Source: Eledone cirrhosa
Lineage: Eukaryota
Length of the DNA: 64,000 bases
Assembly: GCA_964016885.1 (NCBI GenBank)
Contig: CAXHJY010000264.1
Location: forward strand, 62,001-126,000
Direction: 5' to 3'
The notes under the pieces are model-generated. The model searched no databases, was not told the DNA's origin, and worked only from the letters and a program-made list of their open reading frames with translations. Of the stretch, positions 36,201 to 53,300 are shown one piece after another (within the stretch, counting starts at the first letter, position 1; every line of letters begins with the position of its first letter). Made by a program: the position numbers and the translations under genes.

Positions 36201-38207
36201 CAGACTGACATATATATAGTGAGACAGACTGACATAAATATAGTGAGACAGACTGACATATATATAGTGAGGCAGACTGACATATATATATAGTGAGACA
36301 GACCGACATATATATACCGAAACAGACTGACATATATATAGTGAGACAGACTGACATATATATATAGTGAGACAGACTGACATATATATAGTGAGACAGA
36401 CTGACATATATATATAGAGACAGACTGACATATATATAGTGAGACAGACTGACATATATATATAGTGAGACAGACTGACATATATACAGCGAAACAGACT
36501 GACATATATATAGTGAGACAGACTGACATATATATATAGTGAGACAGACTGACATATATATACTGAGACAGACTGACATATATATATAGAGACAGACTGA
36601 CATATATATAGAGACAGACTGATATATATATATAGTGAGACAGACTGACACATATATAGTGAGACGACTGACATATATATATAGTGAGACAGACTGACAT
36701 ATATATAGTGAGACAGACTGACATATATATAGTGAGACAGACTGACATATATATATAGTGAGACAGACTGACATATATATATAGTGAGACAGACTGACAT
36801 ATATATATAGTGACACAGACTGACATATATATAGAGAGACAGACTGACATATATAAATAGTGAGACAGACTGACATATATATATAGTGAGACAGACTGAC
36901 ATATATATAGTGAGACAGACTGACATATATATAGTGAGACAGACTGACATATATATATAGAGAGACAGACTGACATATATATATAGTGAGACAGATTGAC
37001 ATATATATAGTGAGACAGACTGACATATATATAGTGAGACAGACTGACATATATATAGTGAGACAGACTGACATATATAGTGAGACAGACTGACATATAT
37101 ATATAGTGAGACAGACAGACATATATATAGTGAGACAGACTCACATATATATATAGTGAGACAGACTGACATATATATATATAGAGACAGACTGACATAT
37201 ATATAGTGAGACAGACTGACATATATATATAGTCAGACAGACTGACATATATATAGCGAAACAGACTGACATATATATAGTGAGACAGACTGACATATAT
37301 ATATCGTGAGACAGACTGACATATATATAGTGAGACAGACTGACATATATATATAGAGGCAGACTGACATATATATAGTGAGACAGACTGACATATATAT
37401 AGAGACAGACTGATATATATATATAGTGAGACAGACTGACACATATATAGTGAGACGACTGACATATATATATAGTGAGACAGACTGACATATATATAGT
37501 GAGACAGACTGACATATATATATAGTGAGACAGACTGACATATATATAGTGAGACAGACTGACATATATATAGTGAGACAGACTGACATATATAAATAGT
37601 GAGACAGACTGACATATATATATAGTGAGACAGACTGACATATATATAGTGAGACAGACTGACATATATATAGTGAGACAGACTGACATATATATATATA
37701 GTGAGACAGACTGACATATATATATAGTGAGACAGACTGACATATATATAGTGCGACAGACTGACATATATATATAGTGAGACAGACTGACATATATATA
37801 GTGAGACAGACTGACATATATATAGTGAGACAGACTGACATATATATAGTGAGACAGACTGACATATATATATAGTGAGACAGACTGACATATATATATA
37901 GTGAGACAGACTGACATATATATAGTGCGACAGACTGACATATATATATAGTGAGACAGACTGACATATATATAGTGAGACAGACTGACATATATATATA
38001 GTGAGACAGACTGACATGTATATAGTGAGGCAGACTGACATATATATATAGTGAGACGGACTGACATATATATAGTGAGACAGACTGACATATATATAGT
38101 GAGACAGACTGACATATGTATATAGTGAGACAGACTGACATATATATATAGTGAGACAGACTGACATATATATAGTGAGACAGACTGACATATATATAGT
38201 GAGACAG

Positions 38208-38332
38208 TCTGTCTCACTATATCTATATGTCAGTCTGTCTCACTATATATATGTCAGTCTGTCTCACTATATATATGTCAGTCTGTCTCACTATATATAT
38301 GTCAGTCTGTCTCACTACATCTATATGTCAGT
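38208..38332 (-). repeat. Second copy of the inverted satellite block
   Basis: Same length and junctions as 27141-27265, offset by 11067 bp. Confidence 0.95.
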
Positions 38333-41300
38333 CTGACATATATATAGTGAGACAGACTGACATATATATATAGTGAGACAGACTGACATATATATATAGT
38401 GAGACAGACTGACATATATATAGTGAGACAGACTGACATATATATATAGTGAGACAGACTGACATATATATAGTGAGACAGACTGACATATATATATAGG
38501 GAGACAGACTGACATATATATAGTGAGACAGACTGACATATATATATAGTGAGACAGACTGACATATATATATATAGTGAGACAGACTGACATATATATA
38601 GTGTGACAGACTGACATATATATAGTGAGACAGACTGACATATATATAGTGAGACAGACTGACATATATATATAGTGAGACAGACTGACATATATATAGT
38701 GAGACAGACTGACATATACATAGTGACACAGACTGACATATATATATATATATAGTGAGACAGACTGACATATATATATAGTGAGACAGACTTACATATA
38801 TATAGTGAGACAGACTGACTTATATATAGTGAGACAGACTGACATGGATATATAGTGAGACAGACTGACATATATATATACAGTGAGACAGACTGACATA
38901 TATATAGTGAGACAGACTGAGACATATATAGTGAGACAGACTGACATATATATAGTGAGACAGACTGACATATATATATAGTGAGACAGACTGTCATATA
39001 TATATAGTGAGACAGAGTGACATATATATATAGTGAGACAGAGTGACATATATATAGTGAGACAGACTGACATATATATAGGGAGACAGACTGACATATA
39101 TATATAGTGAGACAGACTGACATATATATATAGTGAGACAGACTGACATATATATAGTGAGACAGACTAACATATATATAGTGAGACAGACTGACATATA
39201 TATAGTGAGACAGACTGACATATATATAGTGAGACAGACTGTCATATATATAGTGAGACAGACTGACATATATATAGTGAGACAGACTGATATATATATA
39301 GTGAGACTGATATATATATAGTGAGACAGACTGACATATATATAGTGAGACAGACTGACATATATATAGTGAGACAGACTGACATATATATATATAGTGA
39401 GACAGACTGACATATATATATAGTGAGACAGACTGACATATATATAGTGCGACAGACTGACATATATATATAGTGAGACAGACTGACATATATATATAGT
39501 GAGACAGACTGACATATATATAGTGAGACAGACTGACATATATATATAGTGAGACAGACTGACATATATATATAGTGAGACAGACTGACATATATATATA
39601 GTGAGACAGACTGACATATATATATATATAGTGAGACAGACTGACATATATATATAGTGAGACAGACTGACATATATATAGTGAGACAGGCTGACATATA
39701 TATAGTGAGACAGACTGACATATATATAGTGAGACAGACTGACATAAATATAGTGAGACAGACTGACATATATATAGTGAGACAGACTGACATATATATA
39801 TAGTGAGACAGACTGACATATATATATAGCGAAACAGACTGACATATATATAGTGAGACAGACTGACATATATATATAGTGAGACAGACTGACATATATA
39901 TAGTGAGACAGACTGACATATATATATAGAGACAGACTGACATATATATAGTGAGACAGACTGACATATATATATAGTGAGACAGACTGACATATATATA
40001 GCGAAACAGACTGACATATATATAGTGAGACAGACTGACATATATATATAATGAGACAGACTGACATATATATACTGAGACAGACTGACATATATATATA
40101 GAGACAGACTGACATATATATAGAGACAGACTGATATATATATATAGTGAGACAGACTGACACATATATAGTGAGACGACTGACATATATATATAGTGAG
40201 ACAGACTGACATATATATAGTGAGACAGACTGACATATATATAGTGAGACAGACTGACATATATATATAGTGAGACAGACTGACATATATATATAGTGAG
40301 ATAGACTGACATATATATAGAGAGACAGACTGACATATATAAATAGTGAGACAGACTGACATATATATATAGTGAGACAGACTGACATATATATAGTGAG
40401 ACAGACTGACATATATATAGTGAGACAGACTGACATATATATATATAGTGAGACAGACTGACATATATATATAGTGAGACAGATTGACATATATATAGTG
40501 AGACAGACTGACATATATATAGTGAGACAGACTGACATATATATAGTGAGACAGACTGACATATATAGTGAGACAGACTGACATATATATATAGTGAGAC
40601 AGACTGACATATATATAGTGAGACAGACTCACATATATATATAGTGAGACAGACTGACATATATATATAGAGACAGACTGACATATATATAGTGAGACAG
40701 ACTGACATATATATATAGTGAGACAGACTGACATATATATAGCGAAACAGACTGACATATATATAGTGAGACAGACTGACATATATATATCGTGAGACAG
40801 ACTGACATATATATAGTGAGACAGACTGACATATATATATAGAGGCAGACTGACATATATATAGTGAGACAGACTGACATATATATAGAGACAGACTGAT
40901 ATATATATATAGTGAGACAGACTGACACATATATAGTGAGACGACTGACATATATATATAGTGAGACAGACTGACATATATATAGTGAGACAGACTGACA
41001 TATATATAGTGAGACAGACTGACATATATATATAGTGAGACAGACTGACATATATATAGTGAGACAGACTGACATATATATAGTGAGACAGACTGACATA
41101 TATAAATAGTGAGACAGACTGACATATATATATAGTGAGACAGACTGACATATATATAGTGAGACAGACTGACATATATATAGTGAGACAGACTGACATA
41201 TATATATAGTGAGACAGACTGACATATATATATAGTGAGACAGATTGACATATATATATAGTGAGACAGACTGACATATATATAGTGAGACAGACTGACA

Positions 41301-44300
41301 TATATATAGTGAGACAGACTGACATATATAGTGAGACAGACTGACATATATATATAGTGAGACAGACTGACATATATATATAGTGAGACAGACTGACATA
41401 TATATAGTGAGACAGGCTGACATATATATAGTGAGACAGACTGACATATATATAGTGAGACAGACTGACATATATATATAGTGAGACAGACTGACATATA
41501 TATAGTGAGACAGACTGACATATATATATAGAGACAGACTGACATATATATATATATATAGACAGACTGACATATATATATATAGTGAGACAGACTGACA
41601 TATACATAGTGAGACAGACTGACATATATATATAGTGAGACAGACTGACATATATATATAGTGAGACAGACAGACATATATATATATATAGACAGACTGA
41701 CATATATATATATAGTGAGACAGACTGACATATATATATAGTGAGACAGACTGACATATATATAGTGAGACAGACTGACATATATATAGTGAGACAGACT
41801 GACATATATATATAGTGAGACAGACTGACATATATATATATAGTGAGACAGACTGACATATATATAGTGTGACAGACTGACATATATATAGTGAGACAGA
41901 CTGACATATATATAGTGTGACAGACTGACATATATATAGTGAGACAGACTGACATATATATAGTGAGACAGACTGACATATATATATAGTGAGACAGACT
42001 GACATATATAGTGAGACAGACTGACATATACATAGTGAGACAGACTGACATATATATATAGTGAGACAGACTGACATATATATATAGTGAGACAGACAGA
42101 CATATATATATATATAGACAGACTGACATATATATATATAGTGAGACAGACTGACATATATATATAGTGAGACAGACTGACATATATATAGTGAGACAGA
42201 CTGACATATATATAGTGAGACAGACTGACATATATATATAGTGAGACAGAGTGACATATATATAGTGAGACAGACTGACATATATATAGGGAGACAGACT
42301 GACATATATATATAGTGAGACAGACTGACATATATATAGTGAGACAGACTAACATATATATAGTGAGACAGACTGACATATATATAGTGAGACAGACTGA
42401 CATATATATAGTGAGACAGACTGACATATATATAGTGAGACAGACTGACATATATATAGTGAGACAGACTGATATATATATAGTGAGACAGACTGACATA
42501 TATATATAGTGAGACAGACTGACATATATATAGTGAGACAGACTGACATATATATAGTGAGACAGACTGACATATATATATATATAGTGAGACAGACTGA
42601 CATATATATAGTGCGACAGACTGACATATATATATAGTGAGACAGACTGACATATATATATAGTGAGACAGACTGACATATATATAGTGAGACAGACTGA
42701 CATATATATAGTGAGACAGACTGACATATATATATAGTGAGACAGACTGACATATATATATAGTGAGACAGACTGACATATATATAGTGAGACAGACTGA
42801 CATATATATATATAGTGAGACAGACTGACATATATATATAGTGAGACAGACTGACATATATATAGAGACAGGCTGACATATATATAGTGAGACAGACTGA
42901 CATATATATAGTGAGACAGACTGACATAAATATAGTGAGACAGACTGACATATATATAGTGAGACAGACTGACATATATATATAGTGAGACAGACTGACA
43001 TATATATAGCGAAACAGACTGACATATATATAGTGAGACAGACTGACATATATATATAGTGAGACAGACTGACATATATATAGCGAAACAGACTGACATA
43101 TATATAGTGAGACAGACTGACATATATAGTGAGACAGACTGACATATATATAGTGAGACAGACTGACATATATATATAGAGACAGACTGACATATATATA
43201 GTGAGACAGACTGACATATATATATAGTGAGACAGACTGACATATATATAGCGAAACAGACTGACATATATATAGTGAGACAGACTGACATATATATATA
43301 GAGACAGACTGACATATATATAGAGACAGACTGATATATATATATATAGTGAGACAGACTGACACATATATAGTGAGACGACTGACATATATATATAGTG
43401 AGACAGACTGACATATATATAGTGAGACAGACTGACATATACATAGTGAGACAGACTGACATATATATAGTGAGACAGACTGACATATATATATAGTGAG
43501 ACAGACTGACATATATATAGTGAGACAGACTGACATATATATAGTGAGACAGACTGACATATATATATAGTGAGACAGACTGACATATATATATAGTGAG
43601 ACAGATTGACATATATATAGTGAGACAGACTGACATATATATAGTGAGACATACTGACATGTATATAGTGAGACAGACTGACATATATAGTGAGACAGAC
43701 TGACATATATATATAGTGAGACAGACTGACATATATATAGTGAGACAGACTCACATATATATATAGTGAGACAGACTGACATATATATATAGAGACAGAC
43801 TGACATATATATAGTGAGACAGACTGACATATATATATAGTGAGACAGACTGACATATATATAGCGAAACAGACTGACATATATATAGTGAGACAGACTG
43901 ACATATATATATCGTGAGACAGACTGACATATATATAGTGAGACAGACTGACATATATATATAGAGGCAGACTGACATATATATAGTGATACAGACTGAC
44001 ATATATATAGAGACAGACTGATATATATATATAGTGAGACAGACTGACAAATATATAGTGAGACGACTGACATATATATATAGTGAGACAGACTGACATA
44101 TATATAGTGAGACAGACTGACATATATATAGTGAGACAGACTGACATATATATAGTGAGACAGACTGACATATATATATAGTGAGACAGACTGACATATA
44201 TATAGTGAGACAGACTGACATATATATAGTGAGACAGACTGACATATATAAATAGTGAGACAGACTGACATATATATATAGTGAGACAGACTGACATATA

Positions 44301-47300
44301 TATAGTGAGACAGACTGACATATATATAGTGAGACAGACTGACATATATATATAGTGAGACAGACTGACATATATATATAGTGAGACAGATTGACATATA
44401 TATATAGTGAGACAGACTGACATATATATAGTGAGACAGACTGACATATATATAGTGAGACAGACTGACATATATAGTGAGACAGACTGACATATATATA
44501 TAGTGAGACAGACTGACATATATATATAGTGAGACAGACTGACATATATATAGTGAGACAGGCTGACATATATATAGTGAGACAGACTGACATATATATA
44601 GTGAGACAGACTGACATATATATAGTGAGACAGACTGACATATATATATAGAGACAGACTGACATATATATAGTGAGACAGGCTGACATATATATATAGT
44701 GAGACAGACTGACATATATATAGTGAGACAGACTGACATATATATATAGTGAGACAGACTGACATATATATAGTGAGACAGACTGACATATATATATAGT
44801 GAGACAGACTGACATATATATATATAGTGAGACAGACTGACATATATATAGTGTGACAGACTGACATATATATAGTGAGACAGACTGACATATATATAGT
44901 GAGACAGACTGACATATATATATAGTGAGACAGACTGACATATATAGTGAGACAGACTGACATATACATAGTGAGACAGACTGACATATATATATAGTGA
45001 GACAGACTGACATATATATATAGTGAGACAGACAGACATATATATATAGACAGACTGATATATATATATATAGTGAGACAGACTGACATATATATATAGT
45101 GAGACAGACTGACATATATATAGTGAGACAGACTGACATATATATAGTGAGACAGACTGACATATATATATAGTGAGACAGAGTGACATATATATATAGT
45201 GAGACAGAGTGACATATATATAGTGAGACAGACTGACATATATATAGGGAGACAGACTGACATATATATATAGTGAGACAGACTGACATATATATATAGT
45301 GAGACAGACTGACATATATATAGTGAGACAGACTAACATATATATAGTGAGACAGACTGACATATATATAGTGAGACAGACTGACATATATATAGTGAGA
45401 CAGACTGACATATATATAGTGAGACAGACTGACATATATATAGTGAGACAGACAGATATATATATAGTGAGACAGACTGACATATATATATAGTGAGACA
45501 GACTGACATATATATAGTGAGACAGACTGACATATATATAGTGAGACAGACTGACATATATATATATAGTGAGACAGACTGACATATATATATAGTGAGA
45601 CAGACTGACATATATATAGTGCGACAGACTGACATATATATATAGTGAGACAGACTGACATATATATATAGTGAGACAGACTGACATATATATAGTGAGA
45701 CAGACTGACATATATATATAGTGAGACAGACTGACATATATATATAGTGAGACAGACTGACATATATATATAGTGAGACAGACTGACATATATATATATA
45801 GTGAGACAGACTGACATATATATATAGTGAGACAGACTGACATATATATAGAGACAGGCTGACATATATATAGTGAGACAGACTGACATATATATATAGT
45901 GAGACAGACTGACATATATATATATAGTGAGACAGACTGACATATATATAGTGAGACAGACTGACATATATATATAGTGAGACAGACTGACATATATATA
46001 GCGAAACAGACTGACATATATATAGTGAGACAGACTGACATATATATATAGTGAGACAGACTGACATATATATAGCGAAACAGACTGACATATATATAGT
46101 GAGACAGACTGACATATATATATAGTGAGACAGACTGACATATATATAGTGAGACAGACTGACATATATATATAGAGACAGACTGACATATATATAGTGA
46201 GACAGACTGACATATATATATAGTGAGACAGACTGACATATATATAGCGAAACAGACTGACATATATATAGTGAGACAGACTGGCATATATATATAGAGA
46301 CAGACTGACATATATATAGAGACAGACTGATATATATATATAGTGAGACAGACTGACACATATATAGTGAGACGACTGACATATATATATAGTGAGACAG
46401 ACTGACATATATATAGTGAGACAGACTGACATATACATAGTGAGACAGACTGACATATATATATAGTGAGACAGACTGACATATATATATAGTGAGACAG
46501 ACTGACATATATATAGAAAGACAGACTGACATATATAAATAGTGAGACAGACTGACATATATATATAGTGAGACAGACTGACATATATAGTGAGACAGAC
46601 TGACATATATATAGTGAGACAGACTGACATATATATATAGTGAGACAGACTGACATATATATATAGTGAGACAGATTGACATATATATAGTGAGACAGAC
46701 TGACATATATATAGTGAGACAGACTGACATATATATAGTGAGACAGACTGACATATATAGTGAGACAGACTGACATATATATATAGTGAGACAGACTGAC
46801 ATATATATAGTGAGACAGACTCACATATATATATAGTGAGACAGACTGACATATATATATAGAGACAGACTGACATATATATAGTGAGACAGACTGACAT
46901 ATATATATAGTGAGACAGACTGACATATATATAGCGAAACAGACTGACATATATATAGTGAGACAGACTGACATATATATATCGTGAGACAGACTGACAT
47001 ATATATAGTGAGACAGACTGTCATATATTTAGTGAGACAGACTGACATATATATAGTGAGACAGACTGACACATATATAGTGAGACGACTGACATATATA
47101 TATAGTGAGACAGACTGACATATATATAGTGAGACAGACTGACATATATAGTGAGACAGACTGACATATATATATAGTGAGACAGACTGACATATATATA
47201 TAGTGAGACAGACTGACATATATATAGAGAGACAGACTGACATATATAAATAGTGAGACAGACTGACATATATATATAGTGAGACAGACTGACATATATA

Positions 47301-50300
47301 TATATATATAGACAGACTGACATATATATATATAGTGAGACAGACTGACATATATATATAGTGAGACAGACTGACATATATATAGTGAGACAGACTGACA
47401 TATATATATAGTGAGACAGACTGACATATATATATAGTGAGACAGATTGACATATATATATAGTGAGACAGACTGACATATATATAGTGAGACAGACTGA
47501 CATATATATAGTGAGACAGACTGACATATATAGTGAGACAGACTGACATATATATATAGTGAGACAGACTGACATATATATATAGTGAGACAGGCTGACA
47601 TATATATAGTGAGACAGGCTGACATATATATAGTGAGACAGACTGACATATATATAGTGAGACAGACTGACATATATATATAGTGAGACAGACTGACATA
47701 TATATAGTGAGACAGACTGACATATATATATAGAGACAGACTGACATATATATAGTGAGACAGGCTGACATATATATATAGTGAGACAGACTGACATATA
47801 TATAGTGAGACAGACTGACATATATATATAGTGAGACAGACTGACATATAGTGAGACAGACTGACATATATATATAGTGAGACAGACTGACATATATATA
47901 TATATATAGTGAGACAGACTGACATATATATAGTGTGACAGACTGACATATATATAGTGAGACAGACTGACATATATATAGTGAGACAGACTGACATATA
48001 TATATAGTGAGACAGACTGACATATATAGTGAGACAGACTGACATATACATAGTGAGACAGACTGACATATATATATAGTGAGACAGACTGACATATATA
48101 TATAGTGAGACAGACAGACATATATATATATATAGACAGACTGACATATATATATATAGTGAGACAGACTGACATATATATATAGTGAGACAGACTGACA
48201 TATATATAGTGAGACAGACTGACATATATATAGTGAGACAGACTGACATATATATATAGTGAGACAGAGTGACATATATATAGTGAGACAGACTGACATA
48301 TATATAGGGAGACAGACTGACATATATATATAGTGAGACAGACTGACATATATATATAGTGAGACAGACTGACATATATATATAGTGAGACAGACTGACA
48401 TATATATAGTGAGACAGACTAACATATATATAGTGAGACAGACTGACATATATATAGTGAGACAGACTGACATATATATAGTGAGACAGATTGACATATA
48501 TATAGTGAGACAGACTGACATATATATAGTGAGACAGACTGATATATATATAGTGAGACAGACTGACATATATATATAGTGAGACAGACTGACATATATA
48601 TAGTGAGACAGACTGACATATATATAGTGAGACAGACTGACATATATATATATAGTGAGACAGACTGACATATATATATAGTGAGACAGACTGACATATA
48701 TATAGTGCGACAGACTGACATATATATATAGTGAGACAGACTGACATATATATATAGTGAGACAGACTGACATATATATAGTGAGACAGACTGACATATA
48801 TATATAGTGAGACAGACTGACATATATATATAGTGAGACAGACTGACATATATATATAGTGAGACAGACTGACATATATATATATAGTGAGACAGACTGA
48901 CATATATATATAGTGAGACAGACTGACATATATATAGAGACAGGCTGACATATATATAGTGAGACAGACTGACATATATATAGTGAGACAGACTGACATA
49001 AATATAGTGAGACAGACTGACATATATATAGTGAGACAGACTGACATATATATATAGTGAGACAGACTGACATATATATAGCGAAACAGACTGACATATA
49101 TATAGTGAGACAGACTGACATATATATATAGTGAGACAGACTGACATATATATAGTGAGACAGACTGACATATATATATAGAGACAGACTGACATATATA
49201 TAGTGAGACAGACTGACATATATATATAGTGAGACAGACTGACATATATATAGCGAAACAGACTGACATATATATAGTGAGACAGACTGACATATATATA
49301 TAGTGAGACAGACTGACATATATATACTGAGACAGACTGACATATATATATAGAGACAGACTGACATATATATAGAGACAGACTGATATATATATATAGT
49401 GAGACAGACTGACACATATATAGTGAGACGACTGACATATATATATAGTGAGACAGACTGACATATATATAGTGAGACAGACTGACATATATATAGTGAG
49501 ACAGACTGACATATATATATAGTGAGACAGACTGACATATATATATAGTGAGACAGACTGACATATATATAGAGAGACAGACTGACATATATAAATAGTG
49601 AGACAGACTGACATATATATATAGTGAGACAGACTGACATATATATAGTGAGACAGACTGACATATATATAGTGAGACAGACTGACATATATATATAGTG
49701 AGACAGACTGACATATATATATAGTGAGACAGATTGACATATATATAGTGAGACAGACTGACATATATATAGTGAGACAGACTGACATATATATAGTGAG
49801 ACAGACTGACATATATAGTGAGACAGACTGACATATATATATAGTGAGACAGACTGACATATATATAGTGAGACAGACTGACATATATATATAGTGAGAC
49901 AGACTGACATATATATATAGAGACAGACTGACATATATATAGTGAGACAGACTGACATATATATATAGTGAGACAGACTGACATATATATAGCGAAACAG
50001 ACTGACATATATATAGTGAGACAGACTGACATATATATATAGTGAGACAGACTGACATATATATAGTGAGACAGACTGACATATATAGTGAGACAGACTG
50101 ACATATATAAATAGTGAGACAGACTGACATATATATATAGTGAGACAGACTGACATATATATAGTGAGACAGACTGACATATATATAGTGAGACAGACTG
50201 ACATATATATATAGTGAGACAGACTGACATATATATATAGTGAGACAGATTGACATATATAGTGAGACAGACTGACATATATATAGTGAGACAGACTGAC

Positions 50301-53300
50301 ATATATAGTGAGACAGACTGACATATATATATAGTGAGACAGACTGACATATATATATAGTGAGACAGACTGACATATATATAGTGAGACAGGCTGACAT
50401 ATATATAGTGAGACAGACTGACATATATATAGTGAGACAGACTGACATATATATATAGTGAGACAGACTGACATATATATAGTGAGACAGACTGACATAT
50501 ATATATAGAGACAGACTGACATATATATAGTGAGACAGGCTGACATATATATATAGTGAGACAGACTGACATATATATAGTGAGACAGACTGACATATAT
50601 ATATAGTGAGACAGACTGACATATATATAGTGAGACAGACTGACATATATATATAGTGAGACAGACTGACATATATATATATAGTGAGACAGACTGACAT
50701 ATATATAGTGTGACAGACTGACATATATATAGTGAGACAGACGACATATATATAGAGACAGACTGACATATATATATAGTGAGACAGACTGACATATATA
50801 GTGAGACAGACTGACATATACATAGTGAGACAGACTGACATATATATATAGTGAGACAGACTGACATATATATATAGTGAGACAGACAGACATATATATA
50901 TATATAGACAGACTGACATATATATATATAGTGAGACAGACTGACATATATATATAGTGAGACAGACTGACATATATATAGTGAGACAGACTGACATATA
51001 TATAGTGAGGCAGACTGACATATATATAGTGAGACAGACTGACATATATATATAGTGAGACAGACTGATATATATATATAGTGAGACAGACTGACATATA
51101 TATATAGTGAGACAGACTGACATATATATATGGTGAGACAGACTGATATATATAGTGAGACAGACTGACATATATATAGTGAGACAGACTGACATATATA
51201 TATAGTGAGACAGACTGACATATATATATAGTGAGACAGACTGACATATATATATAGTGAGACAGACTGACATATATATATAGTGAGACAGACTGACATA
51301 TATATATAGTGAGACAGACTGACATATACATAGTGTGACAGACTGACATATATATATATAGTGAGACAGACTGACATATATATATATAGTGAGACAGACT
51401 GACATATATATATAGTGAGACAGACTGACATATATATAGTGAGACAGACTGACATATATATAGTGAGACAGATTGACATATATATAGTGAGACAGACTGA
51501 CATATATATAGTGAGACAGACTAACATATATATATAGTGAGACAGACTGACATAAATATAGTGAGACAGACTGACATATATATAGTGAGACAGACTGACA
51601 TATATATATAGTGAGACAGACTGACATATATATAGAGAAACAGACTGACATATATATAGTGAGACAGACTGACATATATATATAGTGAGACAGACTGACA
51701 TATATATAGTGAGACAGACTGACATATATATAGTGAGACAGACTGACATATATATATAGTGAGACAGACTGACATATATATAGCGAAACAGACTGACATA
51801 TATATAGTGAGACAGACTGACATATATATATATAGTGAGACAGACTGACATATATATACTGAGACAGACTGACATATATATATAGAGACAGACTGACATA
51901 TATATAGAGACAGACTGATATATATATATAGTGAGACAGACTGACACATATATAGTGAGACGACTGACATATATATATAGTGAGACAGACTGACATATAT
52001 ATAGTGAGACAGACTGACATATATATAGTGAGACAGACTGACATATATATATAGTGAGACAGACTGACTTGTATATATAGTGAGACAGACTGACATATAT
52101 ATAGAGAGACAGACTGACATATATAAATAGTGATACAGACTGACATATATATATAGTGAGACAGACTGACATATATATAGACAGACTGACATATATATAT
52201 ATAGTGAGACAGACTGACATATATATATAGTGAGACAGACTGACATATATATAGTGAGACAGACTGACATATATATAGTGAGACAGACTGACATATATAT
52301 ATAGTGAGACAGACTGACATATGTATAGTGAGGCAGACTGACATATATATAGTGAAACAGACTAACATATATATATAGTGAGACAGACTGACATATATAT
52401 ATGGTGAGACAGACTGACATATATATAGTGAGACAGACTGACATATATATAGTGAGACAGACTGACATATATATATAGTGAGACAGACTGACATATATAT
52501 ATAGTGAGATAGACTGACATATATATATAGTGAGACAGACTGACATATATATATAGTGAGACAGACTGACATATATATATAGTGAGACAGACTGACATAT
52601 ATATATAGTGAGACAGACTGACATATACATAGTGTGACAGACTGACATATATATATATAGTGAGACAGACTGACATATATATATATAGTGAGACAGACTG
52701 ACATATATATATAGTGAGACAGACTGACATATATATAGTGAGACAGACTGACATATATATAGTGAGACAGATTGACATATATATAGTGAGACAGACTGAC
52801 ATATATATAGTGAGACAGACTAACATATATATATAGTGAGACAGACTGACATAAATATAGTGAGACAGACGGACATATATATAGTGAGACACACTGACAT
52901 ATATATATAGTGAGACAGACTGACATATATATAGCGAAACAGACTGACATATATATAGTGAGACAGACTGACATATATATATAGTGAGACAGACTGACAT
53001 ATATAGTGAGACAGACTGACATATATATATAGAGACAGACTGACATATATATAGTGAGACAGACTGACATATATATATAGTGAGACAGACTGACATATAT
53101 ATAGTAAGACAGACTGACATATATATATAGAGACAGACTGACATATATATAGTGAGACAGACGGACATATATATAGTGAGACAGACTGACATATATATAT
53201 AGTGAGACAGACTGACATATATATACTGAGACAGACTGACATATATATATAGTGAGACAGACTGACATATATATAGTGAGACAGACTGACATATATATAG

